A stretch of 37,979 bases of DNA from positions 1 to 37,979 of the forward strand of contig MU006047.1 of assembly GCA_010093745.1 (NCBI GenBank). The letters run 5' to 3'. Shown here in pieces: positions 21,589-32,594 of the stretch (position 1 is its first letter; every line of letters starts with the position of its first letter). Origin of the DNA: Piedraia hortae CBS 480.64. Taxonomy: Eukaryota. Position numbers and translations under genes: made by a program. The notes below the pieces were generated by a model. The model was not told the DNA's origin and made no database searches. It was given only the letters and a program-made list of their open reading frames with translations.

Positions 21589-23488
21589 TTATCTTCCCGC
21601 TAAACTGTTCGCCCGCGATGCAGATGGCGTTCCCCGTGGCGTGCCGCGAGGCGTAACGCGAGATTCTCCAAAGAACCGCTGCGTGTTGCTGAACCGACGC
21701 TGGTCCATATCTGGTCGCCTCGAAATGCTTCCTGACCTTGCCTCTGAAATATAGCTGTTGCGTCTGCCAGGCTCACCAGTGTTCTCTGCCCTGCTGTCCG
21801 CCAACCTCTGCGCAAAAGGAGAGCGTTTGCGCAGGACCGGGCCCTTCCAATAGATGACATAGACGGCGATGACCAACACAAAGGATATGCAGAACAATAT
21901 GGTACACGCATATTCCAGGTTTCGGCCCGAGGAGCGGCCAATGTTGGTGAAGAATGGGGTTGCTGGGACCGTCAGCACGCCGGCCAGAAAATCGCGTGAC
22001 CATCCATTTCCACCTGTGGCCGAGGCCGAGTATGGTCCATAGGCGCAAATCATATAGTCAATCGTAGCCATATAGATGGCGTAATTTGCGATGCCAACAA
22101 CAGCTGCGAATACCATGGAGCCAATCCAGTGTATGGGCGGCCCTTGTATAGTCCAAGCGAAGCCAATTAGGCCTATTGGCAGACACGGCGCCGTCCAGAG
22201 CAGAAACTTCAGGCGAGACTCGTACTGTGCTCGTTCATCATCGGGTCTCTCCTTGCGCTCCTTGATATTGCGACGGATTGCCGGTATGAAAGCGAGCCAA
22301 GCGAGAAGGTATCCCATGCCGATGGAGATGAAGCTGAGGCCAATCTGCACTGTGGAGAAGCCCCATTGCCCGTAAACAATGGCGAATGACTGGATAAACA
22401 TGAAGATGAGAGCGTCGGAGAAACCGGACAGAAGCGACAGCGTCAGAACAATGGGCTCGGTCAGGAACATCTGGAACGGGCGGATCCATGTCGTTATAAC
22501 TTCTTTTGCTGAGAAACGATCCCGGAAGGGCACCAGCTCGTCAGGACCCCAGATGTTGGTGCCGTTAGCCTTGCGTCTCTTCTTGGCAATGCGATTCATG
22601 AGAATTGTTGTGCGCGTCTCCGGGACGGTGAGGGCGTGAAGCAGCTGGACAAAACCACCAAAGATGAGCTGCACCCAGATGGACCACCGCCAACTCAGGT
22701 ATGTCTCGGTGAAGCCGCCCACGATCGGGCCGAGAATTGAACCTCCCACAGAGGAGAAGACGATATAGGCAACAGCATATTGCTGAGCATCTGCCTCGTA
22801 CAAGTCTGCAACCATACCCAAGGTGACCGAGCCACCGGCAGAGGAGAGTCCACCAAGGGCGCGGCCAACCAGAACCGTGGCAAAGTTGGGGGCTAATGCA
22901 ACAGGTATCTGCCAGATATTGACCAAAAAAAGAGAGGCCTGCATGATGGGCCAACGACCAAATTCTTCCGACTAAACGCTGGTCAGTCCACAATTCACAT
23001 CTCTAATCGAAAGATTACGAACCCAAGGAGCCCACAACTCACAGCCAAATGCATAAGCTATCAAGAATATGGCGGCGCCAGCACGAGCCGCCTGCATGCT
23101 GACGCCGAACTCACCAGAGATACCCTTGAGCGCGTTCGAATAGAGAGAAGTGTTGAAGTTCATCGACACTTGAACCTGTGATACATTGTGAGCCAAATGA
23201 TATAGCACCGAGAAGCCAACAACGTACAATGAAGATGACGGTCAAGATATACCACTTCTTCCACGACGGGAAGCAGAACCCGAGCTCTTCATAGCAATCG
23301 TCCTCGGTGATCTCATACTTGTCATTGGTGCCCAGCTTCTCCAAGTCGACCTTGTTCCCGCCGGCCGAGGCATTCTGGTGGTCCTTCTCATTGAGCTCAG
23401 CAGGGCCTTGGTGTTCACTCGGCTTCGGACTTGCGGCTCGGCCATCGCCGCTGTTGGCAGCGGACGTCTCCAAAGAGTCACCAGCCAT
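21589..23488 (-). CDS. MFS multidrug/polyamine-type transporter (DHA1 family), 3 exons (23488-23228, 23175-23023, 22971-21589), ~598 aa
   Basis: ELGFCFPSWKKWYILTVIFI|VQVSMNFNTSLY...ELWAPW|SEEFGRWPIM; GGSVTLGMVAD; LGPIVGG; PETR; IRPFQMFLTEPIV. Both introns are GT-AG with branch sites. Confidence 0.92.
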
Positions 23489-24885
23489 GCCAACAGACGA
23501 GATAGGGACGAATTATATACAGAGATGTCGATGGGAAGGCTAGGACGAGATCACATTGACTGGCGGAATATTAAACATGGCAGAAATTTGATGACCGGTA
23601 GATTCCATCCCGCACGGACCCTGCACGTTCGCGCGCATTTGTGGAGGCCGGGGTCAAGAACGGTTCGCATGCGGCGACGACTAACCAGGCGCATGGCAGT
23701 ACCAGGCGTGTGGGCCGGTTGTCCGAGCGGCCGCAGACATCTGTCAAAAGATGACAGGCGACGTTTGCGCAACGGTTCGTTCCGTGTCATATGTGCCCCG
23801 TTTCCTCATACCTGCACCTTTGTTGGCATGTTAGACGTCACTCCTTCAACAAACTGTAGTCTATTGCACTCGCACGTGTTCTCCACTTCCCCCGCTCTCC
23901 ATGACGGCATCCCACTGACGCCGATATGCAACCTACCGGCGAGCCCTCACGGGCAGAGTTCTACAACTTTGCCGATTGTTTTTCCGCTCCCCTGTGTACT
24001 GGGTCCCTGTACATGCGGACGACCCGGGAATGAGAAACCGATCAGCTGGCCTTGGCCGTTCCCCTGACGGGTCCAATGCACATCTTGCCGCAACCGCGAA
24101 CTCTTTGCTGCCTACTCCTTGCATCGACTACGATACACCACCGGGCTGTGCATCAGGGTGTACACAAGCGGCAGCAGGAAAGTCGATCACACGCTTCCCA
24201 TGCACTGGGTCGGCTAGTCACTACCAACGTCTTTGTGCAAGACACCTCCCTTCTTTCCTGACATTTGTCCAGAGTTTGTGGGGTAAGATGGAGGCGGCAC
24301 GATCCGCCATGTGTACAATTTTCCGATTGGGGTATGAGCTTACAACCTCTGAGAATGACCGGAGAAGCGCCGTAATGCCGCCCAAAGAGGGGTAGAAATA
24401 CTCTATATGGCATTTCACTGTCGCGTCCGGTTACTCCGGGGATAGCCCCACCAGGCTGGACGGTGAATTTTAGACCCACCGACGACCCTGCATCCTAAAA
24501 TCTCTTATCCTCCTCCAGATGACCTGTTGGGCATACTGAAGCCTACTCCGCCTGACTTGCTGCTTCATGTGGTTTTCAGAGCCATCCAGAACCTCGTCTT
24601 GCGATCTCGACGTGGTCCGTCGAGCTTGGCAGCCACCTGATGAATTCACTGATCGGCCACAGCTACTTGAAGTTAGTCGTTGTGTGCATCGAAGTTTTGA
24701 TCCACTAGGCATTCCGCCTGCTTCCACTGAAGCTGAGTAAACTCTGTAGGCGACTTAATGGGTATAACAACGCACGAGTATACCCTCAAGAACTAGAAGT
24801 AAAACTTGCATTGGAAAGTACATTAATTATAAAGCTAAGCAGCCTGATCAATCCATCTCGATACTGAAACGGCGCTGTCCTCGTG

Positions 24886-26031
24886 CTAACGAAATGCGAG
24901 CGATGGCTGCTCCTCCTCTGCCCCTGCTATCGCGTCATCTTCGTCCTCACCGTCGGAGCTCAGCTCTTCCTCACTTAAGCGTGAAACGCCTTCATTGTGC
25001 TCGAATCGCGCTAGTCCATAGTCCAAGGACTTGTCACGCTGAGAGCCCCGCCTTGTCGTGGGCGGCGGTGCCGGATAAGACATATTGCTGGTCACTTTGC
25101 TCAGGTCTACAAAGTCGTTGACGTGGATTGCGCCGTCTTGTGAACCCGAGCGACGGGAGCTGAACAGGTCAACCGACCGCAGCGGGTCTTCTTGCAACGA
25201 TCGCTGCTCCTTGCTCCCACTGACGAATCGAACGAGCTTACCGAGAATAGCAAATTCCAGCTTCAGCTTGATCGAATATATAATGCCCTTGCAGAGTGTC
25301 TCCAGTATGTAGAGCGACGCACACTCCAGTGCCAGTAGCAGGAGGTCGAGGGTGATGATGAAGACGTTGATTGCAATTAGGTGCTTCATGGTCGAGCGCG
25401 TGCGCGGCTTAAGGCTGGTCTGCAGCAGCCTGACGGTCTCTACAATATATATGGATGAGAGTAGCGACTCTTGGAGAAAGAACCCTGTCATCTGGATCTT
25501 CTCCATTACAGTATAAGCCTCGACAAACTTCTCGGTCTGTATTGACCCGTTAGAGCCAAACGTCAGCACTGTCGTTGGAAGGTGCAGGAGGAACACATTC
25601 GCGATGATCATCCACTTGGTTGCCCGCACAATCTTCTGGCCTTGCGCGCCATGGACGACTAGATGTAGGCGTGACCAAAGCACCATCGACTGCCCGGTGA
25701 CCATGGGATACCAGCCTAGCGTCAGCAGAACAATGGGCAACATGTGCAGCTTGCCCGGTATTAGTCGGAGGTATTTGAGCAAGAAGCCGAGCGAATATGG
25801 CAGGATGCCGGCGGCAGCCGTCAACAGCGAGAAGAAGTAACAGCCGCGGTAGCGATGGAAAGTTAGAAGCACCGACGTCACTAGTTCTATGGCGCTGTAC
25901 ATGGAGATACTGGCGGAGATGGCGATGAGGAGTCGCAGCGTGCCGTTGTTATCGTTGTAGTCGCCTTTCATGCCCGCGCCGGGATCCATCCATGACTCCG
26001 CGCCGGAGGGTTGCGGTGTTGCCGCCGACAT
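24886..26031 (-). CDS. Fungal multi-pass integral membrane protein of unknown function (~7 hydrophobic segments), ~381 aa
   Basis: Likely start MSAATPQ at 26031. Family-typical motifs TFHRYRGCYFFSLL, GWYPMVTGQSMVLWSRLHLV, MEKIQMTGFFLQE, YSIKLKLEFAILGKL; acidic disordered tail. Confidence 0.8.
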   Translation of the reverse strand: MSAATPQPSGAESWMDPGAGMKGDYNDNNGTLRLLIAISASISMYSAIELVTSVLLTFHRYRGCYFFSLLTAAAGILPYSLGFLLKYLRLIPGKLHMLPIVLLTLGWYPMVTGQSMVLWSRLHLVVHGAQGQKIVRATKWMIIANVFLLHLPTTVLTFGSNGSIQTEKFVEAYTVMEKIQMTGFFLQESLLSSIYIVETVRLLQTSLKPRTRSTMKHLIAINVFIITLDLLLLALECASLYILETLCKGIIYSIKLKLEFAILGKLVRFVSGSKEQRSLQEDPLRSVDLFSSRRSGSQDGAIHVNDFVDLSKVTSNMSYPAPPPTTRRGSQRDKSLDYGLARFEHNEGVSRLSEEELSSDGEDEDDAIAGAEEEQPSLAFR

Positions 26032-26340
26032 CGTCAAACTAGCGCGCGACGCCGCGAAAACATTGCGAAGAGGGTTGCGCGACCATGTTCGTGACCCATG
26101 ACAGGCCGATGTCGATGCTTGGCACGTGACGCTGTGCATAGATTCTTGGATTCGAGACTCTAGGCAATCGCAAAGGTAGCCACGACGGACTAGGATACAT
26201 GCCACAATAAGCTGTTACCGTACATCAGCTTCCCGTTACCTTTAGTTATTGTACCTGGGCCTGCGCAGCCTTGACTGCTTTGTTTGCTGTTGGGACTTCA
26301 TCCCAATGAATCTCAGGTGCTCGCACAATGAATTGCAACT

Positions 26341-27382
26341 TTATGACGGCTTGGCACACCGACTCAGCTCATTCGCCTTGCTCTGCTCGCGCCAAAACTC
26401 CTTAGTTTTCTGTGGATAGATGGTTGCTTCGACGGGCATCTCCCAGTAATCGAGGTGGTCCTCGGTTCGTTGCAGCCAACGCACCATACGCTCATCGCGA
26501 TCCATGACACCCGCGAAATGAACTAGTGGATTGCCTAGTCGTATCTGGAAGTATTGCAGCGTCTTATTTTGCTCGCCCTGATAGGGGTTGAACCACCTCT
26601 GAGGTGCCTCAACTGCACGATAACCAAGCTTGTATTTCTTGAGCAGAGCTTCCATGGCCGCATTCAACCCGTTCCAAGCTCTAATCTGAAGCATGTGCAC
26701 GTCTTCGAATTCCTTATATGGCGGAGGAAGAAACATCTCCATCGGTACATTGAGGTTGAGTATGATTGTATCAGCATCGACCCAGAATAGCCATTGCAGT
26801 TGGGCTTTCCAAGTTCACTAAGCAGCAGACTCAATACGTACGCAGGCTTGGTCCACACATCATCCCAGAGAGACTGTCTCGAGACGTAAAACCTGTATCC
26901 AAGTTGCTGATTATGCTGTTCGTGGGTCTGAAAGTCCCTTTCCCACACGCTGTTTCTGTTGAAGTGGATGATAACCTTGCAAATTCTCGTACGAGTACCC
27001 AGACGGTCTTCTTCCTTGACACCTTCCCACGCTTCCTCGACCTGAATGACCTTGTTTTTGCTCTTTATGGATTCCAGGAGCCTAATTTGTGGCTCACAAC
27101 TTTGTGAGGATCCGAAAGCGCTCCTTTTACAGTTGGAGATTTTCGGGGTTCGGGCATAGGAGCATTTTCCTGCGTAAAGGGCCGACCGTAAAACGACAAT
27201 GCAGAGTCGAATTTGATAGGCACGATAAGGGGTTGAATCCTACCGTCATCGGGCAGAACTATTAATGCCAGCGATCCCAGAATAAAAGAGACCAGACCAA
27301 CAATTAGTAGCTTGGATTGCGAATTTTGCAGAGCTCTAGGCCAAGACTGCCGGCTTAGGACGCACGGTGAAGACACGGCCAT
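26341..27382 (-). pseudogene. GT34 (GMA12/MNN10-like) glycosyltransferase pseudogene
   Basis: Type II TM anchor in 27382-27065; RICKVII..WERDFQTHEQHN..VWTKPAYVLSLLLSELGKP in a second frame; LQWLFWVDADTIILN..FLPP..WNGLN..PQRWFNPY..VHFAG in a third. Two frameshifts (~27100-27200 and ~26800) and an apparent internal deletion at 26661/26662. Confidence 0.8.
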
Positions 27383-28915
27383 GCTTTCTCAAATATTCGC
27401 TTGTTAATTGCGTCAGTGGAAATCCACTGGCTTTTGATCGCGGACATAGTGCAAAGGTGGTTCCATTGTATTTTGTGAACCTTTGGAATGTCTTGCCATT
27501 CATTCTTTTCGGTTAGTCGGCATCCCTCATCCACAAGGCACAACTCCTGCTTGACAGACAACGCATTGATCTCATCTTCAACCTGGCGCGGCTTGCTATG
27601 GGATGATGTTTGGTAATGGTCATTGCATTAATCATCAGCTTGACCCGGCAGCAGGCAGGAACAGGCACCAATGTTGCACTGCTACACTCCATTGGACTGC
27701 AAACGATTTTGAACCAGTAAGGCAATGCAAATCGCTTGTGAAAGTTCACTCCTCGAGACCCCTTTTGAATATCCAGGAAAATATTGTTACTGTATGTAGC
27801 AATCATACGTATTCAGACCACCTCAGTTCTGAACAAAAGAATACGCAGTTGCACATTGTCCGCCATCACGCCGACTCATATGCACCTATGCTGGGCTTCT
27901 CCAATGTGAACAGCGCACGATACCGCTGACGAAGCCTACATGGCCTGGTCAGCCGCAAGGGCGGATGTCCCAGTTCCAGTGGACTGAGCAATCGAGTGAG
28001 ACCTTACTGGATGCATTGCTTGTCTTGAGTCACAGCATCGCCGAGCTGAGAACGCTATATTCTGCATCAGCGACCGGGACGCTCTGGCGCGGGTTGCCAG
28101 TCGCGACATTGGTCTCTTTATAACGAGAAGGCGATGCCGCACAGAGCCCAGTCAGTGTGCGCCTTGTTGTCGCCACGAGGACCAGATTACTTGCTGATGG
28201 GTAGGAAACGGCATCTTCGTCGACAAAATGGAAGTGGATGATGCATATCAACGGGAGCACAAGGCTTGCGCCACCATAATGTTATGAAAAGCTGCCAGAG
28301 CCACTCGACCAAACTTGTCGCCCTCGTTGGCCCTCCTCCAGCAACAATCCGCAAAGAATGCAACGCAGAGCTCAAGTTACTTTGCTGCTGGACAGCTCAA
28401 GGTTCAGCATGGATTACGGAAGTCATCACGTCATTGCAACAGCCTCATCCACCTCCTGTACTACCTGTAGTATGCTATTCGGGAATAATTGATGACTAGA
28501 GCCCTTTACGACGTACTACCTCTACCTTAACGATGACTTCCAAGTTGAAAGTCATCAAGAAATCATCACACAACGGCACAGACTGAGGGACAATTGCGAC
28601 CGGGCATGTCAATGCCAGGCTGTCCTGCACTGTCACGACGCGAGGCTAAGAATGAAGGGTCGGGGCCGATGAAAGACAAGGGTAAGAAGTTCAAAGCAAT
28701 GGGCGATGGACAAGAGGACGGCGTAAACCCTATGTACACCCTATGTAGATAGAACAACAAATGAAGAAGAGAAGAGAGAAGTTGGTGCCCGCCTGTGTGT
28801 TGCAGAGTGGGGCCACTAGACTCTGGCCGTGAACGGACCGGATCCTTCCGCATGACGTAAGCCCTGAGTCCTGACTTGCACAAACGTCCCAAAAAGTTTC
28901 TGATCATACAAAAAC

Positions 28916-29684
28916 ATGAGTCGCAACACCAACGTGAACATGGTCCTTCCCCAAACTATTTGGACAAATCGAATCATTCCATCTCCTCGGATGGTCGATG
29001 TCTTGACCCAAATCGGTCACTTCTTCGACGCGGTGGGCTTTAGTAGGAGCTATACCGCATTGTTCGACGAGGCTAAAGCACATGGTATGCCTCTTATGGT
29101 TAAAAAATGGAAGCGTGATATGGAAGTAAACGGTCCTTCCATACCGCTTACTGATCTTTGGGAAGAATGGTACGACCACTTCAAGAGGCATCCCAGCTTG
29201 CCCGATGAGGCTTACAGGCCTCGCGAGCCCGATGATGAGGACACTTTGTCCAGCTCTTACACAACCTACGAACGATGGTCCAGCAGCGAAATCGAACGCA
29301 GCGACAGGGAAATACATGCCGATAACGAGGGCCACAAGACTGGTTTCGTGGACGATGAAGCAGAGAGTTCCAGCGACGAAGATGATGACGAAAGCTCTGT
29401 ATCGGAAGAAGATGAAAAGCCAGTTACGGAAGTGAACGGGATCAAAATAAGCAAACCAGCCAAAAGAGTCGAAGATGAATCGAGTTCAAGCTCAAGTTCT
29501 TCGGACTCGAGTAGCAACTCGGACTCGGACTCTAGCTCTTCTAGATCTTTGCCATGTGATAGGAGAGACATTCGTAGACTTTGGGGCCTTGAGGATAAGA
29601 CCAAAACTGTGCACCCGACCGAAACCAAAAAGTCAAAAAAGGGCAAAATCGCCGTGGCCCAAGGCAACGATGCCTCGGAGGTCC

Positions 29685-29715
<31 letters not shown>

Positions 29716-30304
29716 TGCAGCCTCATTGAGTATAAAGCAAAAGCAGGGAGAGGCTGCACCATCTGAGAAAATTCCAGCCGAGCTTTTGTCCAAGAAGAAG
29801 AGTGACATGATGTCCAAGAAGAAGAGCGACAAGGTGTCCAAGAAGAAGAGTGACAAAGTGCCCAAGGAAAAGAGTGTCGAGGTGTCCAAAGAGAAGAGTG
29901 AGAAGACCAAAAAGACCAAGGAGATGGTGCCGGCGACAACGGTAGACAGTCCCAAAACATCTTCATCACACAATGACAAGAAACGCAAAGCATCCGCGAT
30001 AGAAGAGGAAGATGCCAATCAAAGCCATGGAATTAACGCTGACAGGCTCAAACGAATGGCAACGGCGAGGACGGGACCGAGGGCAGTTAAGGAATCTTTC
30101 AGTCGCATCCCCAGGGATATTGTCGTTGATCCACGCTTTGCTAGCAACGCTTATGTGCCGAACGACTATTCGAACCAAGCTTATAAGGACCTCTCTGTGA
30201 CGAGGGGCAAAGGCTTCACTAAGGAAAAGAACAAGAAGAAGCGGGGTTCGTATCGCGGAGGGATCATTGACACCGCGCCAAAGGGAATCAAGTTTGACGA
30301 TTAA
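28916..30304 (+). CDS. SRP40: SRP40/Nopp140-like nucleolar protein (SRP40 C-terminal domain), 462 aa
   Basis: C-terminus FSRI...SNAY...AYKDLSVTRGKGFTKEKNKKKRGSYRGGIID....IKFDD. Alternating acidic-Ser and Lys-rich blocks; LisH-like N-terminal segment. Confidence 0.85.
29687..29713 (+). repeat. (AAG)9 coding microsatellite (poly-Lys)
   Basis: Nine consecutive AAG codons in the SRP40-like gene. Confidence 0.95.
29787..29906 (+). repeat. 24 bp x5 coding minisatellite (SKKKSDKV-type octapeptide)
   Basis: tgtccaagaagaagagtgacatga / tgtccaagaagaagagcgacaagg / tgtccaagaagaagagtgacaaag / tgcccaaggaaaagagtgtcgagg / tgtccaaagagaagagtgagaaga. Confidence 0.9.
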
Positions 30305-30412
30305 TCGGAAGCAGAACTGTACTCTAATCGTGTTGAACAAAAGTTGCAGGAATAGTTACCTGCATAGATAGTCTAGGTAGATTAAGCATCATGTTACACC
30401 TTTTGCCACGCA

Positions 30413-31243
30413 ATGTCATCCAACAAATCCACTTACGCTCCAGGCTACGTGCCTTCGCAGATCACCCATCATGAATGGCGTACAGTAGAGAACAGCGCAG
30501 CATACCTCCTACCAACACTGCGAGCCCTTTCCTCCAAATCTGATACATCCCCCCTCCTCCTCGACATCGGTTGCGGCTCAGGCACAATCACACGTTCCCT
30601 AGCCTCACACCTCCCCAATGGGAAAGTAATCGGAACAGACATCAGCGACGAGATCCTCTCTCGTGCGAAGGAACTCTGTCACGGAACGGATAACGTCACC
30701 TTAAAACTCGCAAATGTGTATTCCCTTCCATTCGAGGATGGTAAGTTCGACGTCGTGCACGCCAGCATGGTGCTCGGCCATTTGGACAATCCAGTGGCTG
30801 CCTACCGGGAAATGCTACGGGTGACGAAGCCGAATGGTGGTATTGTGGCTAATCGCGAGCCTGATCTGTCCATTTGTACTTATTACCCTCGCAGTAAACC
30901 TATGGATGAGTTTCATGCTTTGCAGCTCAAGGTTATGGGTGAGGGGGCTGTCATTGGGCCTAAGATGGTTCATTTGGCTATGGAGGCTGGAGCGAAGAGG
31001 GAAGATATCACTCCCTCGTTTGGGACGTGGTGTTATGCCTCCCCTGAGGAAAGGAAGATATGGGGAGGGGCTTTCCTGGAGAGACTGCGTGAGGGGAATT
31101 TGGGGAAGACTGCGCTCGAGAAGGGATATGCCACCAAAGAAGAGATAGAAGGGATGATCAAAGCATGGGAGAAGTGGAGCGAGTCCGAGGACGGTGTGTA
31201 TGGATGCATGCTTGGGGAGATTCTGATAAAGAAGGGAATGTGA
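30413..31243 (+). CDS. Class I SAM-dependent methyltransferase (UbiE/COQ5-like), 276 aa
   Basis: HEWRTVENSAAYLLP; LLDIGCGSGTIT (motif I); VIGTDIS; LPFEDGKFDVVHA; EMLRVTKPNGG. Confidence 0.88.
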   Translation: MSSNKSTYAPGYVPSQITHHEWRTVENSAAYLLPTLRALSSKSDTSPLLLDIGCGSGTITRSLASHLPNGKVIGTDISDEILSRAKELCHGTDNVTLKLANVYSLPFEDGKFDVVHASMVLGHLDNPVAAYREMLRVTKPNGGIVANREPDLSICTYYPRSKPMDEFHALQLKVMGEGAVIGPKMVHLAMEAGAKREDITPSFGTWCYASPEERKIWGGAFLERLREGNLGKTALEKGYATKEEIEGMIKAWEKWSESEDGVYGCMLGEILIKKGM

Positions 31244-31289
31244 CTGGACAAAATGTAAAAAGCACTGGTACACGACATCTGCTGTACAT

Positions 31290-32401
31290 TTATCGCCGGA
31301 ATACATTACGGGAGTCCTTGGATGGGCCCGTTGGCGGTTGGTATAGGAGCTTGCGTGACTTGACCATCGCCCACTTGTATCTGTACAAAGTCAGCATTTA
31401 GTTCTCTGTACACAGATAAATGCACATACCGCTTGATCCACACACTCATGGCGAACAGGACACTGGCAACGGTGATGACCTTCCAGCCCATGAGTTTCCT
31501 GACATCCATCTCGGGCTCGGCTGTCCAATTGAGAAACTCGGCCACATCTTTGGCCATTTGCGACGTCGTGGCCGGAGTGCCGTCCTCGTACTCCACGAGA
31601 CCATCAAAAAGCACGCGCGCCATAGCAATGCCGGTGCCGGGAAAATAAGGGTTGAAGTTGAGCCCGCTCTGCACCTTAGCACCTGCCGGTGGTTCTTCCG
31701 GGTAGCCTGTCAGCAGCGAGAAGATGTAGTTGCACCCGCCGTGTCGTGCCTTCACCATCAAACTGAGATCTGGTGGCAGAGCGCCGTTGTTGGCCGCGCG
31801 TGCCGCTTCATCGTTCTTGTATGGGGACGGAAGGTAGTCAGACAACTTGCCGGGTCGCTTCTCAATCTCGCCCTCGTCATTAGGGTCCGTGTCATACTCA
31901 TTTTCCTCGGCCAAGGCCTTGGCCTCGTCGACCGACATCACAGCGCCGACCAGCGAGCGATAGGGAATGCGAGAGACGGAATGGCACGAAGAGCAGACCT
32001 CGCGGTACACCTGAAAACCGCGACGGAGCGCAGAGTGATCGAACGTCTTGAAAAACTTTTCGTGTTCCCATGGATACTGCGTTGGGTGCAATCTTGGCTG
32101 TTAGCCGCTTCCCATGGGCTCTTCTGTCTCTTACTCACCCTTCCTCCGCCGGCGTCATGGCAAACGTCGGCCGTCCAAACTGGTATGTGTACCAAGCTAC
32201 AGAGCCAACCGCGAGCACCGTAGACGATACCAGCAACGTGTTGTTTGTCCGTGAGGACTCGGACGTGCCCTGTGTGGACGCACGTCGCTGGCCGCTGTCA
32301 GTTTCGAGCTGACGCCGCCTTCACCACCGCCAACTCACCTGCGCCGTCTGCCTCATTACGGCCAGGGCGCGCGTTGCCCGAGCGCTCGTTTGGGCCAACA
32401 T
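31290..32401 (-). CDS. CYT1: Cytochrome c1, mitochondrial complex III; 4 exons (32401-32339, 32287-32139, 32092-31430, 31380-31290), ~321 aa
   Basis: Presequence; mature start MTPAEEGLHP; RRGFQVYREVCSSCH (CxxCH haem site); ANNGALPPDLSL; FNPYFPG..IAM; C-terminal TM then KRYKW..VKSRKLLY. Three GT-AG introns keep the frame. Confidence 0.96.
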
Positions 32402-32594
32402 TGCTCAATGTCAATCGTCAATCGAAGGAGAGGAGATGGTCGTGACAGGAGGAGCGCAGGTGTGGAGCAATGCGATTGGCTCGCTTGACCTGCCACTTTC
32501 GGCCTGTCATTATCCTGACGTATCTTACGCCGCAAATACCCTGCACATTTTCTCCGATTGATCCGAGGCTGAGAAAAGCAACTTCTCGAGGTAA

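Noticed and set aside
23378..24395. 229 aa and 139 aa plus-strand ORFs upstream of the DHA1 transporter
   Set aside because: Non-ATG starts, Arg/Pro/Cys-rich random-like composition and no motifs; probably promoter or 5' UTR sequence.
27400..28900. Possible additional decayed gene in the 1.5 kb gap
   Set aside because: Short ORFs on both strands show no family motif I can recognise; would need a frameshift-aware blastx.
29266..30018. 250 aa antisense ORF
   Set aside because: Shadow of the low-complexity Lys/Ser/Glu codons of the SRP40-like gene.
12015..31243. Secondary-metabolite gene cluster (lipase, MFS transporters, methyltransferase)
   Set aside because: No PKS, NRPS, terpene synthase or pathway transcription factor; the genes are interleaved with housekeeping genes.
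31420..32223. 267 aa plus-strand ORF
   Set aside because: Antisense shadow of CYT1; no recognisable motifs.
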